A program made the translations under genes and the position numbers. Shown piece by piece: positions 63,687-64,000 of a stretch of DNA of 64,000 nt. Each line of letters begins with the position of its first letter. Position 1 is the stretch's first letter. The notes under the pieces were generated by a model, which saw only the letters and a program-made list of their open reading frames with translations, was not told the origin of the DNA and did no database searches. Location of the stretch: positions 1 through 64,000 of the IMG/VR virus record IMGVR_UViG_2974668079_000001. One strand, given 5' to 3'. Source of the DNA: a virus (Duplodnaviria; Caudoviricetes).

Positions 63687-64000
63687 GTGAAAGAACGTTA
63701 CCGTGACGAGCTCACGTGGTGGGAGAAGCGACTAGGTGTTTGGCGAGTTAACAAGGACTCATACGACACAACTTGGGGCTACTTCGCACCGCGCTGGGCT
63801 CTGGAGTTCAAGGTCAATGCAGGCGGGTACTTTAGTAACCAGTGCTCGCTAGATGTGGGGTTCATCTGGGGACTGTTTCACATTAAGCTGCCGATACGTC
63901 TTAAGAATCACGAGGAGAGCTGTGAGTGGAACGACTACGGCTTTATGTGGTACGAGAACCAATGGGTATTCAAATGGGGCGAGAAGTCTAAGTGGTGGGA
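63687..64000 (+). CDS. Partial hypothetical protein (runs off the window)
   Basis: AGGAGG RBS, GTG start, frame open to the window end (VKERYRDELTWWEKRLG...). Confidence 0.6.
   Translation, partial: MKERYRDELTWWEKRLGVWRVNKDSYDTTWGYFAPRWALEFKVNAGGYFSNQCSLDVGFIWGLFHIKLPIRLKNHEESCEWNDYGFMWYENQWVFKWGEKSKWW

Noticed and set aside
1-64000. tRNA genes, reverse transcriptase/DGR, stop-codon reassignment
   Set aside because: No cloverleaf or T-loop signatures and no RT motifs were seen by eye, and standard-code ORFs tile the window densely. tRNAscan-SE would be the definitive check.

Overview
This window is about 64 kb of a lytic-looking, long non-contractile-tailed dsDNA phage (siphovirus) genome. 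All credible genes lie on the + strand. The host is very likely a Vibrio or close relative, inferred from a Vibrio-type 283-aa ThyA and an AphA-like PadR regulator. Layout: early/accessory region (1-13 kb), head (TerL, portal, minor head, scaffold, P22-like coat; 13.4-20.1 kb), neck/tail with a -1 frameshift chaperone and tape measure (20.2-34.6 kb), lysis (34.6-36.5 kb), and a large replication/recombination/nucleotide module (36.6-63 kb). That module holds an O-like initiator with iterons, DnaC-like loader, DnaB, SNF2 helicase, primase, sigma-like protein, beta clamp, family A polymerase, ThyA, DnaX-like, UvsY-like, gp32-like SSB, Tmk, RecA, RuvC-like, SbcD/SbcC, QueD-like and MazG-like genes. 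A probable TerS follows at the end. Most striking observations: (1) the interrupted palindrome TTA(C/G)TAA occurs about 235 times by manual count versus about 8 expected, inside genes and repeatedly between RBS and start codon; (2) a phage-encoded homologue of the Vibrio quorum-sensing master regulator AphA; (3) a tandem array of four paralogous small domains, each fused to a different partner (one a Tad2/DUF2829 immune-signal sponge), suggesting a modular anti-defence locus; (4) a shared KP(A)xSRR-type Arg-rich tag on many unrelated proteins; (5) a catalytically degenerate QueD; (6) a candidate ~80-nt sRNA with its own promoter and terminator; (7) a candidate -10-only promoter motif YCGTATAR. 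All protein assignments are from motif recognition by eye; no database searches were run.
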